From an uncultured Candidatus Saccharibacteria bacterium (GTDB lineage Bacteria > Patescibacteriota > WWE3 > UBA101185 > UBA10185), in contig CAZXUJ010000001.1 in the NCBI GenBank assembly GCA_964643995.1, positions 273,492 to 337,491 of the forward strand: 64,000 bases of DNA, given 5' to 3'. Below, one piece after another: positions 9,068 through 20,709 of the stretch; position 1 is the first letter of the stretch, and every line of letters begins with the position of its first letter. The translations under genes were made by a program, and so were the position numbers. Below the pieces are notes generated by a model, which was not told where the DNA came from, searched no databases, and saw nothing but the letters and a program-made list of their open reading frames with translations.

Positions 9068-12000
9068 TTACTCTTCCAGTTTTGCACGCTCTCCTGTTGG
9101 GATAAGACGACCAATTATTACATTTTCTTTTAGTCCCAACAACATGTCGACTTTACCAGAAGCTGCAGCATCGGTCAACACTTGGCTTGTCTGTATAAAT
9201 GACGCGGCAGACAAGAAACTGTCAGTATTTAGAGCAGCTTTGGTAATACCAAGCAAGGTGACTTTTGCAGTTGCTGGAACACCACCTTGTGCTAAAACGC
9301 GCTCATTTTCTTCTTCGAAAGTATCTCTAGTAACGATGGACCCTGCTAAGAATTCTGTGTCGCCACCTTCGTCTACTTTAACATGTCCAAACATCTGTCT
9401 TACAATAGATTCAATATGCTTCTCGTTAATAGAAACACCTTGCGAAGCGTAAACTTTCTGGACTTCATCAATGATGTACTCCTTGGTAGGTGCTGTGCCA
9501 ACTGTTCTTAACAAATCTGTTAAATTCAAGTGTCCTGAAGTTAATTTATCACCCTTAACAACCAACTGACCGTCTTCTACAACAATTTCTGCTACAGGAT
9601 CTACTTGATACTCCATCATTTGTTCTTCTTCATCTGGATCAGTCGCCTCAATGATTATTTTTCTTTCATCGCCTGATTGGAATACTCTAACCTTACCTGT
9701 TATATCTGCCATCAATGAGATAAACTTAGGCGCACGGGCTTCGACTAGCTCTTCAATTCTAGGCAACCCTTGAGTTATATCTTTTCCAGCAACACCACCA
9801 GTATGAAAGGTACGCATTGTTAACTGAGTTCCGGGTTCACCAATAGATTGAGCAGCCGAAACACCAACAGCAGTTCCTATTTCAACAAGCTTCTGAGTCA
9901 TAATATCGTTACCATAACAAGTGGCGCAGATTCCACGACTCACCTGACAACCTAGAGGTGATCTAACAACCATTCTTTCAACACCTAGTTTTTCAAGTTT
10001 TTCTAAGTCAGCAAGCTTCAATAAATGACCCCGTTCAAATAACACCGAACCTTTATGCTCGATAGGCTGAGCCAAGAAACGACCAGCATAGCGTTCTGGG
10101 AATGACATCAAAGCTGTTTTTACACCAACCTGAATTACACGTCCTTCTTCAGAACCACAATCATGCTCACGAATTATCACGTCCTGCGCTACATCAACCA
10201 ATTTACGTGTCAAATAACCTGCATCAGCAGTCTTTAAACCTTTATCAACTAAGCCTTTACGAGCACCACGAGCACCGATAAAGTACTCCATTGCAGGTAG
10301 ACCAAGCTTATAGTTACCTAGCAAAGGTACACTTACAACTTTACCTGTAGCATCGTAAACTAAACCTCTTATACCAGCAATTTGCATAACCTGAGTTCTT
10401 GAGGCTCTGGTAGCTTTAGACTTTATTAATACCTTTATTGGGTTTTCCTCAGGTAAGTTGTCCCAAACTAACTGATCAACCTCTGAAGTAATTCGATTCC
10501 AAACATCTTCGGTTAACCTTGTAACCTCTGCTTCTGTAATGAATCCCTTGTTGTAGTTGTTATTTATATCTTTAACATTATCTTTACCTTTTTGAATTAA
10601 CTCTTCACGACCTTCTGGGATCGCAACATCGGTTAATGAGACTGAATGACCTGAAATTGTTCCATACTTCAAGCCAATATCTTTTAAATCATCTATAAGC
10701 TTAACAACTACGTCATGATTAGGATCTTCAAAAGCGCGTTCCAGGATTTTATTAACACCATTTTTATCTATAACTTCGTTCACATAAAGTGACCCCTCTG
10801 GTAAGTAATCATTAAATATCAACCGACCTGCTGATGTCTCTACAGTCTCGTCATTAATACGTACCTTTATCTTTTGGCGCAGCTTTATACTGTGACTGCC
10901 ATGCAAAGCGTAGTAAACTTCATGTTTGTTAGCAAATACACTGCCATACAAAGGTAACTTGTCGTCATAAGATGTAATGTAATAAATACCAAACAAGATT
11001 ATTTTTGTAGGTACGGAAAAAGGAATACCGTCGGATGGTCTTCTCAAGTTGTTTGTAGAAATCATTTTGGTTTTGGCCTCTTCAATAGATTTTTCAGACA
11101 AAGGAAGTAACACAGCCATCTGGTCACCATCGAAGTCAGCATTGTACCCTGGGCAAACACACAAGTGTAATCGTATCGAGTTACCTTCAATTAACTTAGG
11201 GAAAAAGGCTTGCATACCCAATCTCCACAAAGTTGGTTGTCTATTTAAAAGTACAGGGTGCCCATCGACTAATTCTTCTAATATGTCCCAAACTTCTGCT
11301 CCCTTGGCTTCAACAACATACTTAGCGCTTTTAACATTAGGAGCTAAACCTCTAGATAATAACTCACGCAACACAAACGGCTTAAACAGTTCCAATGCCA
11401 TTTCTTTTGGTATACCGCATTCATTTAGCTTCAGGTCAGGCCCATTTATAATAACCGCGCGTCCTGAATAATCTACTCTTTTGCCAAGTAAATTCTGTCT
11501 AAAACGACCTTGCTTACCTTTTAACTGATCAGCCAAGGATTTCAACACTTTCTTTCCACGGCGGCTTCTGCCTTTGTTTCTCTGTTTAGACGAATCAATC
11601 AATGCATCGACAGCCTCTTGTAGCATTCGTTTTTCGTTGCGTGTTATTATTTCAGGTGCACCAAGCTCTAAAAGCTTTTTCAAACGGTTATTTCGGTTAA
11701 TAACGCGTCTATATAAATCGTTTGCGTCGGATGTTGCAAATCTACCACCTTCAAGTTGAACCATAGGTCTTACTTCAGGTGGAATAACAGGCACAGCATT
11801 TAATACCATACGGGATGGCTCAATATTTGCTTTTCTAAATCCCTCTACAACTTTTAATCTTTTTGATGTTTTGAGAGCTTTTTGACCCTTATGTCTTTCT
11901 AAATCGCTTCGGAGTTGTTCTGAGAGTTCGTTGAGATCAAGACCCTCAAGTATTTCTTTTACAGCATCTGCGCCTATTGCGACGCGGCAAAACATATCAA

Positions 12001-12742
12001 TGTAGTCAGAAAGATTTATATACTCTACGTCAGACATTACTGAATACAACTCAATACCTTCAATTTTTTTTTGGATTAATCTAAAGTGAACTTCTATTTC
12101 GCGTACTTTTTCGGCTTCTGCATCTCGTATAACCTGAAGTTTCTGCCTCATTTTAAGTAGGTTTTCTTGTGCAGAAAAATCCTTGGACGACTCCAGGACC
12201 TCAATTTCGTCTTCGAGTTTAGTTATTTCATCCTCGTAATCATTCCTCATTGATTCAACATGAACTTCAGTATCCTCAGTAATCTTTGAGATTGCCTGAG
12301 CTTTTTTACTGGGGTCAAACTCAGTTACTATAAAAGAGGAGAAGTATATTACCGATTCGAGGTTTCTAGGCGATATGTCTAAAAGAGTAGCCATCTTTGA
12401 TGGAATACCTTTAAAAAACCAAACATGTACTACAGGAGAAGCTAATTTGATATGACCCATTCTTTCACGACGCACACGAGAGTGAGTTACCTCAACACCA
12501 CACTTATCACAAATTACACTCTTGTATCTGTAACCTTTATATTTTCCGCAATAACATTGATAATCCTTAACGGGCCCAAAAATTCTTTCGTCGAATAAAC
12601 CATCTCTTTCAGGTCTAAATGTTCTGTAGTTGATTGTTTCAGGTTTTGTGACTTCGCCGAAAGACCAATTTAAAACATCATCAGTTGAGATGAGGTAAAT
12701 TCTTAAAGCTTCAAAATCTTTTAATAAATTTAAATCGCGCAT
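9068..12742 (-). CDS. rpoC: RNA polymerase beta' subunit
   Basis: N-terminal zinc ribbon, NADFDGD catalytic motif, TQLTMRTFH. Confidence 0.99.
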   Translation of the reverse strand: MRDLNLLKDFEALRIYLISTDDVLNWSFGEVTKPETINYRTFRPERDGLFDERIFGPVKDYQCYCGKYKGYRYKSVICDKCGVEVTHSRVRRERMGHIKLASPVVHVWFFKGIPSKMATLLDISPRNLESVIYFSSFIVTEFDPSKKAQAISKITEDTEVHVESMRNDYEDEITKLEDEIEVLESSKDFSAQENLLKMRQKLQVIRDAEAEKVREIEVHFRLIQKKIEGIELYSVMSDVEYINLSDYIDMFCRVAIGADAVKEILEGLDLNELSEQLRSDLERHKGQKALKTSKRLKVVEGFRKANIEPSRMVLNAVPVIPPEVRPMVQLEGGRFATSDANDLYRRVINRNNRLKKLLELGAPEIITRNEKRMLQEAVDALIDSSKQRNKGRSRRGKKVLKSLADQLKGKQGRFRQNLLGKRVDYSGRAVIINGPDLKLNECGIPKEMALELFKPFVLRELLSRGLAPNVKSAKYVVEAKGAEVWDILEELVDGHPVLLNRQPTLWRLGMQAFFPKLIEGNSIRLHLCVCPGYNADFDGDQMAVLLPLSEKSIEEAKTKMISTNNLRRPSDGIPFSVPTKIILFGIYYITSYDDKLPLYGSVFANKHEVYYALHGSHSIKLRQKIKVRINDETVETSAGRLIFNDYLPEGSLYVNEVIDKNGVNKILERAFEDPNHDVVVKLIDDLKDIGLKYGTISGHSVSLTDVAIPEGREELIQKGKDNVKDINNNYNKGFITEAEVTRLTEDVWNRITSEVDQLVWDNLPEENPIKVLIKSKATRASRTQVMQIAGIRGLVYDATGKVVSVPLLGNYKLGLPAMEYFIGARGARKGLVDKGLKTADAGYLTRKLVDVAQDVIIREHDCGSEEGRVIQVGVKTALMSFPERYAGRFLAQPIEHKGSVLFERGHLLKLADLEKLEKLGVERMVVRSPLGCQVSRGICATCYGNDIMTQKLVEIGTAVGVSAAQSIGEPGTQLTMRTFHTGGVAGKDITQGLPRIEELVEARAPKFISLMADITGKVRVFQSGDERKIIIEATDPDEEEQMMEYQVDPVAEIVVEDGQLVVKGDKLTSGHLNLTDLLRTVGTAPTKEYIIDEVQKVYASQGVSINEKHIESIVRQMFGHVKVDEGGDTEFLAGSIVTRDTFEEENERVLAQGGVPATAKVTLLGITKAALNTDSFLSAASFIQTSQVLTDAAASGKVDMLLGLKENVIIGRLIPTGERAKLEE

Positions 12743-12751
12743 ATAAGTTTT

Positions 12752-15700
12752 CTAAAAATCAGCAGAATCAGCTAAGGTTTCAGCTGTCGCGGACTCGTCT
12801 GCTTCCGAATTTGATACTGCTAAGTCATCAGGGATAGGAGTAATAGCCTCAACTACGTCTTCTTTTGCGTAGCCAATCGGTTCAATTCCTAGGCTCAAAC
12901 CATTTAACTCACGAACAAGCAACTTGAATGATTCAGGAATGTTAGATTCCGGTATTGGCTGCCCTTGCAAAATTGCCTTGTAAGCCTGTGTTCTACCAAG
13001 CCAGTCATCCGATTTAATCGTCAACATTTCACGCAAAATATGTGCAGCACCATAGGCTTCGAGTGCCCAAACTTCCATTTCACCTAGTCTCTGACCACCC
13101 ATCTGAGCTTTACCACCCAAAGGCTGTTGTGTTATCAACGAATATGGTCCAGTAGAACGGGCATGCATTTTTTCTTCTGACATATGAACTAACTTAAGCA
13201 AATAAGTTTCGCCTACCACTACCTCATAGTCGAAAGGCTCACCAGTTCGGCCATCTATAAGTTTCATCTTTCCTGAGACAGGTATACCTGCATCAGTTAA
13301 CTCTTTGTCTATCTCTTCTTGAGGAATAGGTTCAAAGTTAGGAACAATGTATTTTTTACCTAGAATATCGCCAGCCATTCCTAAAGGAGACTCCAGAATT
13401 TGGCCAACGTTCATACGTTTCAAAACGGCTTCAGATGAAAAAATTACATCAACTGGTGTACCATCCTCAAGATGAGGCATATCAACTTCGGATATAATGG
13501 CCGAAATAACACCTTTGTTACCATGACGTCCTGATAACTTATCACCTACTTGTACTTTTTTACGTGAAGCTACATATACTGTAATTTCTTCCAGAGTACC
13601 TGTAGGCAAATTGTTGTTATCTTTTCTGGTTACTCTTTTAACTCCAATTACGGTACCGTGTTTACCATGAGGTACTACAAGCGAGTTGTCTCGTACTTCT
13701 TTGGCTTTTTCACCAAATATAGCTCTTAACAATCTTTCTTCTGCAGAGAGCTCGACCTCACCTTTTGGTGCGACTTTTCCAACCAATATATCGCCACCTT
13801 TTACTTCTGAACCTATTACTGCTATGCCAGTCTCATCAAGATTTCTCAGTACTTCCTCAGAAACGTTAGGTATATCTGCTGTTATTTCCTCTGGACCTAA
13901 CTTAGTTTCCAGTACTGAGACTTTATAATTAGTAATATGAATCGAGGTTAAAGTGTCATTTTTTACTAATCTGTCAGAGACAATAATACCGTCTTCATAT
14001 TCATAGCCTTCGTAAATCATGTAAGCAACTTTAACATTGGTTCCTATTGCTAATTCGCCAGCATCAGAAGCAGGTCCCTCTAACAAAACATCACCCTTCT
14101 TTACTTTTTGGCCAGTGGACACTCGTACATTTTCATTTATACTTGTGTATTGATTTGATCGTACAAACTTCTTTACTAAATATTCAGTGTCTTTCTTCTC
14201 ACCCTTATACTTAACTCTAACTCTTTCGGCGTCCGCATATGTAACTTCACCATCGCTAGTCGCTAAAGATACCACCCCCGCATTTACGGCAATGGCACGC
14301 TCAATACCTGAAGCAACAATGGGAGCCTGAGCTTTGATTAAAGGCACTGCCTGAGACATTTGCTGGGTACCCATTAAAGCTCGGGAAATGTCATCATTTG
14401 GTAAGAAAGGGATCATACCGGCCGCAATACCTACAGTCTGACTTGGTATTAATTCCATATATTGTGCGACAGAGACATCCCCTAAGATAAAATGTCCGCC
14501 TTTGCGTAGCGGAACTTGTTTCTGAGTCAAATAACCATCCTTGTCGTGGCTAATAGAACTGTCAGTAATAAACACTTTGTCCTCATCGTAAGCAGCAAGA
14601 TACACTACTTCATCTGCAACTTTCATTCTTCCATCTGTGTGTTTTACAATCTTTCTATAAGGTGTCTCCAAGAAACCGTATTCATTTACTTTTGCATAAG
14701 TCGCTAAATAATTTATAAGACCAACGTTTGGACCTTCAGGAGTTCGAACTGGACAAATCTTCCCGAATGAAGAATAGTGAACGTCACGAACAGACATGCT
14801 GGCACGTTCTCTTGTTAGACCACCCGGTCCTAAAACTGATAATCTTCTTAAGTGGTCAATAGCAGTCATGGGATTTTGCTGATCATGATGCTGAGATAAC
14901 TGACCTGTTGCAAAAAAGCTATGAATTGAAGATGCAACCGTACGAGCTGAAATCAAAACTGATGGTTCAGGTAATTCGTCTCTAGGTTGTAAACTCATTC
15001 GCTCTTTTATATTTCTTTCCATTCTTAAAAAGCCAATTCTAACCTCGTCTTGTAGCAATTCACCAATACTTCTTACACGTCTATTTGCTAGATGGTCAAC
15101 ATCGTTTGGCTCAGCTTCTTCATTGTTGATTTTTATAACTCTTTTTACGATGTTAATTAGGTCTTCTAGTTGTAATAGGTAATAGTCCGACTCTAAAGGA
15201 AGATTAAGGTCCAAGGTTTGATTAAGTTTAAATCTACCAACCTTGCCAAGTGAATATCTTCGTTTATTAAAAAATATTGTATTGGAAAGGCCGCGTGCAT
15301 TTTCAAGTATTAAAGGTTCGCCGGGCCTAAGCTTTTTATAGACTTCAAGAACAGCTTCGTTATATGAGGAAGATGGATCTTTTGCTAAAGTATTATCTAT
15401 GTAGTGTATTTCTGGGTTTGTGTCAACTTCTTTAAATGTTTCACGAATAGCTTCATCAGTTTCTAAGCCAAATATTCTTAACAATACAGAAACAGGCATT
15501 TTTCTTCTTCGGTCAATCTTTACACTGATAACACCTGATTTAGATGTGTCAAGTTCAAGCCAAACGCCATTCTTAGGAAGAATTTTAGCGCCCCCTAAAT
15601 ATTTACCAGTACTTGCGTGAACATCTCTAATAAACAAAACACCTTCAGCTCTTCTGAGCTGGTTTATAACTATGCGCTCAATACCATTAACAACAAAGGT

Positions 15701-16036
15701 TCCACTCGGAGTCATTAACGGGATATCTCCCATATAAATAGATTGTTCTTTGGATTTTTTGTTAATAGGATCCTCAAGTTTAGCCTTTACATACCAAGGG
15801 GCGTCATATGTTCTACCTTTATATAGTGCGTCATCAATAGTCAAATTTTCTTTATCAAATGTAGGATCAGAGAGAGTAAGTATCCAGCCACGACCGGTTT
15901 GATCCTCTACAGTACCGAGTTCATCCAGCACTTCTGTTATCCCCTCGGCTTTCAACCATTCATAGGATTCATGCTGGACGTTTATTAAATTTGGCAGGTC
16001 TTGTAATTTTTTTCTTTTAGAAAAATCGTGTCTCAT
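12752..16036 (-). CDS. rpoB: RNA polymerase beta subunit
   Basis: TPEGPNVG, GDKLSGRHGNKG, GGQRLGEMEVWALEAYG motifs. Confidence 0.99.
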   Translation of the reverse strand: MRHDFSKRKKLQDLPNLINVQHESYEWLKAEGITEVLDELGTVEDQTGRGWILTLSDPTFDKENLTIDDALYKGRTYDAPWYVKAKLEDPINKKSKEQSIYMGDIPLMTPSGTFVVNGIERIVINQLRRAEGVLFIRDVHASTGKYLGGAKILPKNGVWLELDTSKSGVISVKIDRRRKMPVSVLLRIFGLETDEAIRETFKEVDTNPEIHYIDNTLAKDPSSSYNEAVLEVYKKLRPGEPLILENARGLSNTIFFNKRRYSLGKVGRFKLNQTLDLNLPLESDYYLLQLEDLINIVKRVIKINNEEAEPNDVDHLANRRVRSIGELLQDEVRIGFLRMERNIKERMSLQPRDELPEPSVLISARTVASSIHSFFATGQLSQHHDQQNPMTAIDHLRRLSVLGPGGLTRERASMSVRDVHYSSFGKICPVRTPEGPNVGLINYLATYAKVNEYGFLETPYRKIVKHTDGRMKVADEVVYLAAYDEDKVFITDSSISHDKDGYLTQKQVPLRKGGHFILGDVSVAQYMELIPSQTVGIAAGMIPFLPNDDISRALMGTQQMSQAVPLIKAQAPIVASGIERAIAVNAGVVSLATSDGEVTYADAERVRVKYKGEKKDTEYLVKKFVRSNQYTSINENVRVSTGQKVKKGDVLLEGPASDAGELAIGTNVKVAYMIYEGYEYEDGIIVSDRLVKNDTLTSIHITNYKVSVLETKLGPEEITADIPNVSEEVLRNLDETGIAVIGSEVKGGDILVGKVAPKGEVELSAEERLLRAIFGEKAKEVRDNSLVVPHGKHGTVIGVKRVTRKDNNNLPTGTLEEITVYVASRKKVQVGDKLSGRHGNKGVISAIISEVDMPHLEDGTPVDVIFSSEAVLKRMNVGQILESPLGMAGDILGKKYIVPNFEPIPQEEIDKELTDAGIPVSGKMKLIDGRTGEPFDYEVVVGETYLLKLVHMSEEKMHARSTGPYSLITQQPLGGKAQMGGQRLGEMEVWALEAYGAAHILREMLTIKSDDWLGRTQAYKAILQGQPIPESNIPESFKLLVRELNGLSLGIEPIGYAKEDVVEAITPIPDDLAVSNSEADESATAETLADSADF

Positions 16037-16106
16037 TAAATAACTCTAAACTTTGGGCATAGCCCGCAAGAATCTACTACCAGTCACCATTTTATAGGCA
16101 AGCGAA

Positions 16107-16135
16107 AGGGTAACATAGCAAATACCATGTGTCAA
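16107..16135 (-). promoter_or_regulatory. Promoter of the rpoB-rpoC-rpsL operon
   Basis: TTGACA-17 nt-TACCCT with an extended TGn. Confidence 0.5.
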
Positions 16136-16169
16136 CAATTTCGGCTTTACAACTTGCTATTTAATTAGT

Positions 16170-16724
16170 TCAAAAAATCTTGGCTTCTTTTATTGGCCAA
16201 AATTTAAGAACCACTTTTCCCAAAATCCTATCCTCAGTAATTACCCCAAATAAACGAGAATCTGCAGAACGAGTGCGATTATCACCTAACACTATGTATT
16301 CATCATCCTCAAGCTGCATGGAACGACCCTCTTGCAACATTGGCCCCTCAGACGTACAGGTACCATTGTACAAATAAGGCTCTTCTAACTTAAATTTCTC
16401 TCCATCCTTTGATATATATACATCGCAGTTAAGAACCTTTATCACGTCACCGGGAACACCAACAACACGTTTAACGTAGTCAACACCATCGTTTTCGGGT
16501 GGATGTAAAACGACTATATCACCTCTTTCGTAGTTTTTAAAGTGACTTGTTATACGTTCTACAAGTATGCGCTCTCCCCCATATATAGTAGGTTCCATAC
16601 TGGCACCTAGGACAACCTCAGGTAAAGCTACCCACCAGTAGATCATAAGTAAAACAACAAATGAGGTTATAAAGGTTTCTAATATTTCTATTATAAAACT
16701 TTTTTCAGTAACTTTATCTGACAT
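16170..16724 (-). CDS. lepB: Signal peptidase I
   Basis: GASMEPT (Ser), YVKRVVG (Lys), GDNRTRSADSR boxes. Confidence 0.97.
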   Translation of the reverse strand: MSDKVTEKSFIIEILETFITSFVVLLMIYWWVALPEVVLGASMEPTIYGGERILVERITSHFKNYERGDIVVLHPPENDGVDYVKRVVGVPGDVIKVLNCDVYISKDGEKFKLEEPYLYNGTCTSEGPMLQEGRSMQLEDDEYIVLGDNRTRSADSRLFGVITEDRILGKVVLKFWPIKEAKIF

Positions 16725-16750
16725 AAAAGGCTAAGTAGAATCCTAACATT

Positions 16751-17398
16751 TTATACTTCAAATATCTCTAAAATACTCTTTGGAGTATGCACTAAATAGT
16801 CGGGTTCATGCTTTTTTAACAACTCCTCTGAATTGTACCCCCAAGTTACGGCTATGGAGTGTATGTTGCTTTTTTTTGCGGCGTCAATATCACGCACCTC
16901 ATCACCAACATAGAATGTTTTAGACGGAGTCATTCCTGATGACTTCATTATCTTGTTTAGACTACGATGCTTACCAAACAAAGAACGTTCAGATCGCACG
17001 AATTCAAACACGTCAACTTTATGTATTGATAGAAAATCATTTACATTATCAACTGAATTACCCGTGAGGATACCTAGTCTATACCCATGTTTTTTCAGGC
17101 TCTGCAAAACTTCAGGGACTCCATCAAAAGAAGAGACACTGGAGAGTTCCTTGTTTAAATCACTTTGTAGTTGCTTAAGAAAGGCAGGGACTCGAAATGT
17201 ATGTACATTGAATTCCTTCAATAAATAAGAGATTGAGAGGTTTCTAAGTTTCTCAATTTCGAGAGGGTTGACACCGTCTATTTTATATCTTGCAGGATCA
17301 CGATTTATAATTTCAACAATTTTATAGAGTGTATTAGCCAAAGTTCCATCAAAATCAAAAATGATAGTTGTGTCTGAAATATCCTGTTGGGTAAACAT
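16751..17398 (-). CDS. HAD-superfamily phosphatase (phosphoglycolate phosphatase-like)
   Basis: FDFDGTL motif I, YVGDEVRDI motif IV. Confidence 0.9.
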   Translation of the reverse strand: MFTQQDISDTTIIFDFDGTLANTLYKIVEIINRDPARYKIDGVNPLEIEKLRNLSISYLLKEFNVHTFRVPAFLKQLQSDLNKELSSVSSFDGVPEVLQSLKKHGYRLGILTGNSVDNVNDFLSIHKVDVFEFVRSERSLFGKHRSLNKIMKSSGMTPSKTFYVGDEVRDIDAAKKSNIHSIAVTWGYNSEELLKKHEPDYLVHTPKSILEIFEV

Positions 17399-17448
17399 AT
17401 TTAAATAATAGCATTGAAAGTTTGTTTATAGGCACGTAATATTTACTT

Positions 17449-20400
17449 ATGCACAACACCTGGAAGACTGACGAAGATGCTTTAAACCTTCAAACGACGT
17501 ATGCAGAAAACGCTAGAGAGGAAAACCCAGCATTCGAAATTGTATGGCCACAGGACGCTTCATATGCAACTACAATAAGTTTCGACACAGCTCTCTCAAC
17601 AGTGGGACCAGAGGAGGGAGATATGTTGACACGAACGTCTCCAGATACCGTAGCAAATATTTACATGGTTATGGGATGGCATTTTCAAGATGCGGACTCG
17701 GAAACAGAGGCAGTTTTCGAGTATGACCCAACAGACGATCAAGCATTGATAAATAAACTTGAAGGAAATTTAGACGAATTGATAGTATTGGCAAACCAGC
17801 CATAGACTCCATCCTATGACAGTTTTGAAGATCCAACACTAGAATCACAGGATATTTCAGCTGAAGATGAAGTTCCTACAGAACAGGTTGTAGAACAGAT
17901 AGCACCAACAGAGCTTACACGTGGGCAAAAACTCATAGGGCTTGTACGAACTATAACAAAAGAAGCGGCACCTGTAGTGATAGGTATGGGTACTAAAATG
18001 GCTGTTAAGGGTGCTGCTGCAGGAATTATAGGTGGACCGGCACTTGCAGGTCTTGCTGGTGGATTAGCCACAGGAGTCAGGGTCGGAGTATCTCTACAAT
18101 TTGAGGGCAAAGACATACTTGATCCTGAAGAGCTCGGGGAGTCTAGCGTTGCAAAAATCCATGAAAGGTATGTCATGAAACAAAAACGTAGGGCTGAGAA
18201 AGGTGGCAAGATTAACCGGGCACTTACACTTCTCAATGCTCCTGAGAAGTGGGCAGTCGAAAAAACTTTCAAAACCGAGGAAAGAGAAAAAATGATTGAT
18301 GAGCAGTTACTAGCACTAGGTATAGGGATAAAAGCCGATGAGCAAGGTAAAGCCTATCTCGAAACTACAGATGGTAGAAAAATTTCCGAAATATTGACGC
18401 AAGCAGACACTCCACCAGAAAATCCTAACGAAAAGAGCCAGCTAGACATATTGATCCAGCGCATGGCTGTACAGGGACGGCTGGCTGGACACTCATCTAG
18501 CACTATGGAAGGAATGCGAGATGTAAAAAAGGAGCTGTTCTTACAGGCATGTGCAATTAAAGGTGAAAATGACCCCTCTTTACTTGAAGCAACACTAGAA
18601 GCAGCAAAAGCTGAGTTCGGAACTAAGGAAAAACTTGCCACTACAGGTATGCTTGCAGGTATTTCTGCTGCAAAATCAGCATTTAAGGGTGCGATAGGTG
18701 TGGCTTTAGCTGAAAGTGTAATTGGTGAAAATATCGAGGAAACTATAGAAAAAGGCATCGAATTTGTGGGCGCCAAATTTGAATATGCGGCAGAATCCCT
18801 AAAAGATACTACTGAGCAACTAGCAGTCTATCTAGGAAAATTCAGAGAATATGGCACACAATTGGTTAACGCCCTGAGACAGCGAGAGGAAGCACGTAAG
18901 GGACTCGAGCAAGTAATAAAACTTACGAGTTATATCCGTGCCATAAAAGGTGTAGAGGAAACACTTGGTAGTGCAAGGCTTGTGGCTGAAAACGTCAGAG
19001 CCATAGATATAGAGACGCTGGATGTGGAAGTACCATCAGGCTCAACAGTCGGACAAGAGCTACTTACGAGTCTGCAAAGCAATGGAGAAGGAATAAACAT
19101 TTGGGATGAGAGTTCTGCGGATGTGTGGGGAGCTATGGTATTTGAGAATCAAGATGACGGGTTTTTTCTCGATGCTATAGCCATGGCAAAATCTGCTGGA
19201 GATGAGCAGTGGTTACAATTTGCGAACGAGCTTGGTTTGGACGAAACAACCGGACAGTTCGATAAAGAGGCAATTTTGAGTCTAGTAGAAAAAGCTAAAG
19301 GTGGAGATCGGGAAGCATTTCAAAAATTATATAGAATGTTTCATTGGGTAAGAGCTGGTGAACACATAGGTATTCCAACTAATATTCATACCCTACTTGA
19401 AACCGGCTTATCTCATGTTGAAGCTACAGATGTGACTTTAGAACCAGTGACTGAGTCCATTACTACGATAGTCGAAAATACAGCGCTTACGGATATTCCA
19501 ATGACTGAAGCGGCACTAGAAGCCGAAATTATGGGACAAACGCTGACTGAAGCAGATGCTAAAACGCAAGCGCTTATGGAATCTATAAGGGCTATAACTG
19601 GATCCAGGGATCCAGTTGCAGACATGCTTGATAGAGTAGAAGATTTAGGCGACAAAATAGGGGACATGGAGGGGCTAATAGGTCCAGTTGCCGAACGAAT
19701 CGAAGAGCTTACAGAAAAAATTGAAGACACGTATCAAGATATAGGAGGCATAGAAACTCTAGCAAATGCATATTATAGAGTTCGTGGAATAATAGAAAAT
19801 GAACCTGAGTTTCTAGAAAAACTGTCAGAGCTAGAAGGTACAACTGAGAGCGCGGAAATGCCAGAGGATAGCGTTGCTGAAGGAGCTCTACAAGCTTTTA
19901 AGGAGGCGCCGTTGACTTATTTGGGGCTAGCAGTGGCAGGCCGCTGGATGTTCGGAGGTAAAAAAAGGTGGAGAAGTAGTAAAAACCGAAACACACAAAC
20001 TACAGCACCTCGTACCCAAACACCACCTGCAACGCAGCCAACAAACATAACAGCGCAAGCAGATGCATTAACGAATTTAGCGGATAGCATAACAGTAGGA
20101 AACTCTAGAGAAGCTCAAGCAACAACACCAGTTCAATCAAGAACAGTACAATCACCACAATATATACCTGGACAGTTTGATTTCAATACTACAAGTACGC
20201 TAGAACCGGGATATGACGTTGAATTTACCTATGGAGATACACCTGAAAACAACATGGGTATGGCAGAGGACAATTACGAAATAGACCAGCTGAAAAGACA
20301 GAGGCAGGCTGAGCAACAAAGACTTGCAGATGAAGCAATAATGGAGGCATATAGAGAAAGAGAGCAACTGCTGAATGAATATAGAGATAAAGGTGTAATA

Positions 20401-20709
20401 CCTTTTTACAGAGAAGTTATAGACTTTAAGCCAGTGGATGTAGAAGGTATAAATACAAGAAAAATACCTGTACCAAAAGTTGAATTGCTCGGGACATCTG
20501 AGAAGATTGATATGGAAGGCTTAAGGATTACAATAACTAACGAGGTTAGACAGGAAATAATTGCACAATTACAAAAAGAAGATCCTGATTTTGATTACAG
20601 TAAGGATACGCATGGTACTACAGCATTACAAGGCGGGCCAGTGGGCCGAAGGGCTTGCAATCTTAAACACGGGAAATTAACCTTTTCTGTGTGCAGGGGA
20701 ATTTATTAA
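17449..20709 (+). pseudogene. Large acidic, probably membrane-anchored protein (~1086 aa) interrupted by one in-frame TAG
   Basis: ORFs 17449..17805 and 17977..20709 share a frame and the gap is open after TAG 17803-17805; Gly-rich hydrophobic segment, possible split LysM-like motif, hydrophobic segment followed by KKRWR. Confidence 0.65.

Noticed and set aside
4636-16036. Inteins or introns in tuf, fusA, rpoC or rpoB
   Set aside because: Lengths are normal and no splicing motifs were seen; the rpoC coiled-coil insert looks like a lineage-specific insertion.
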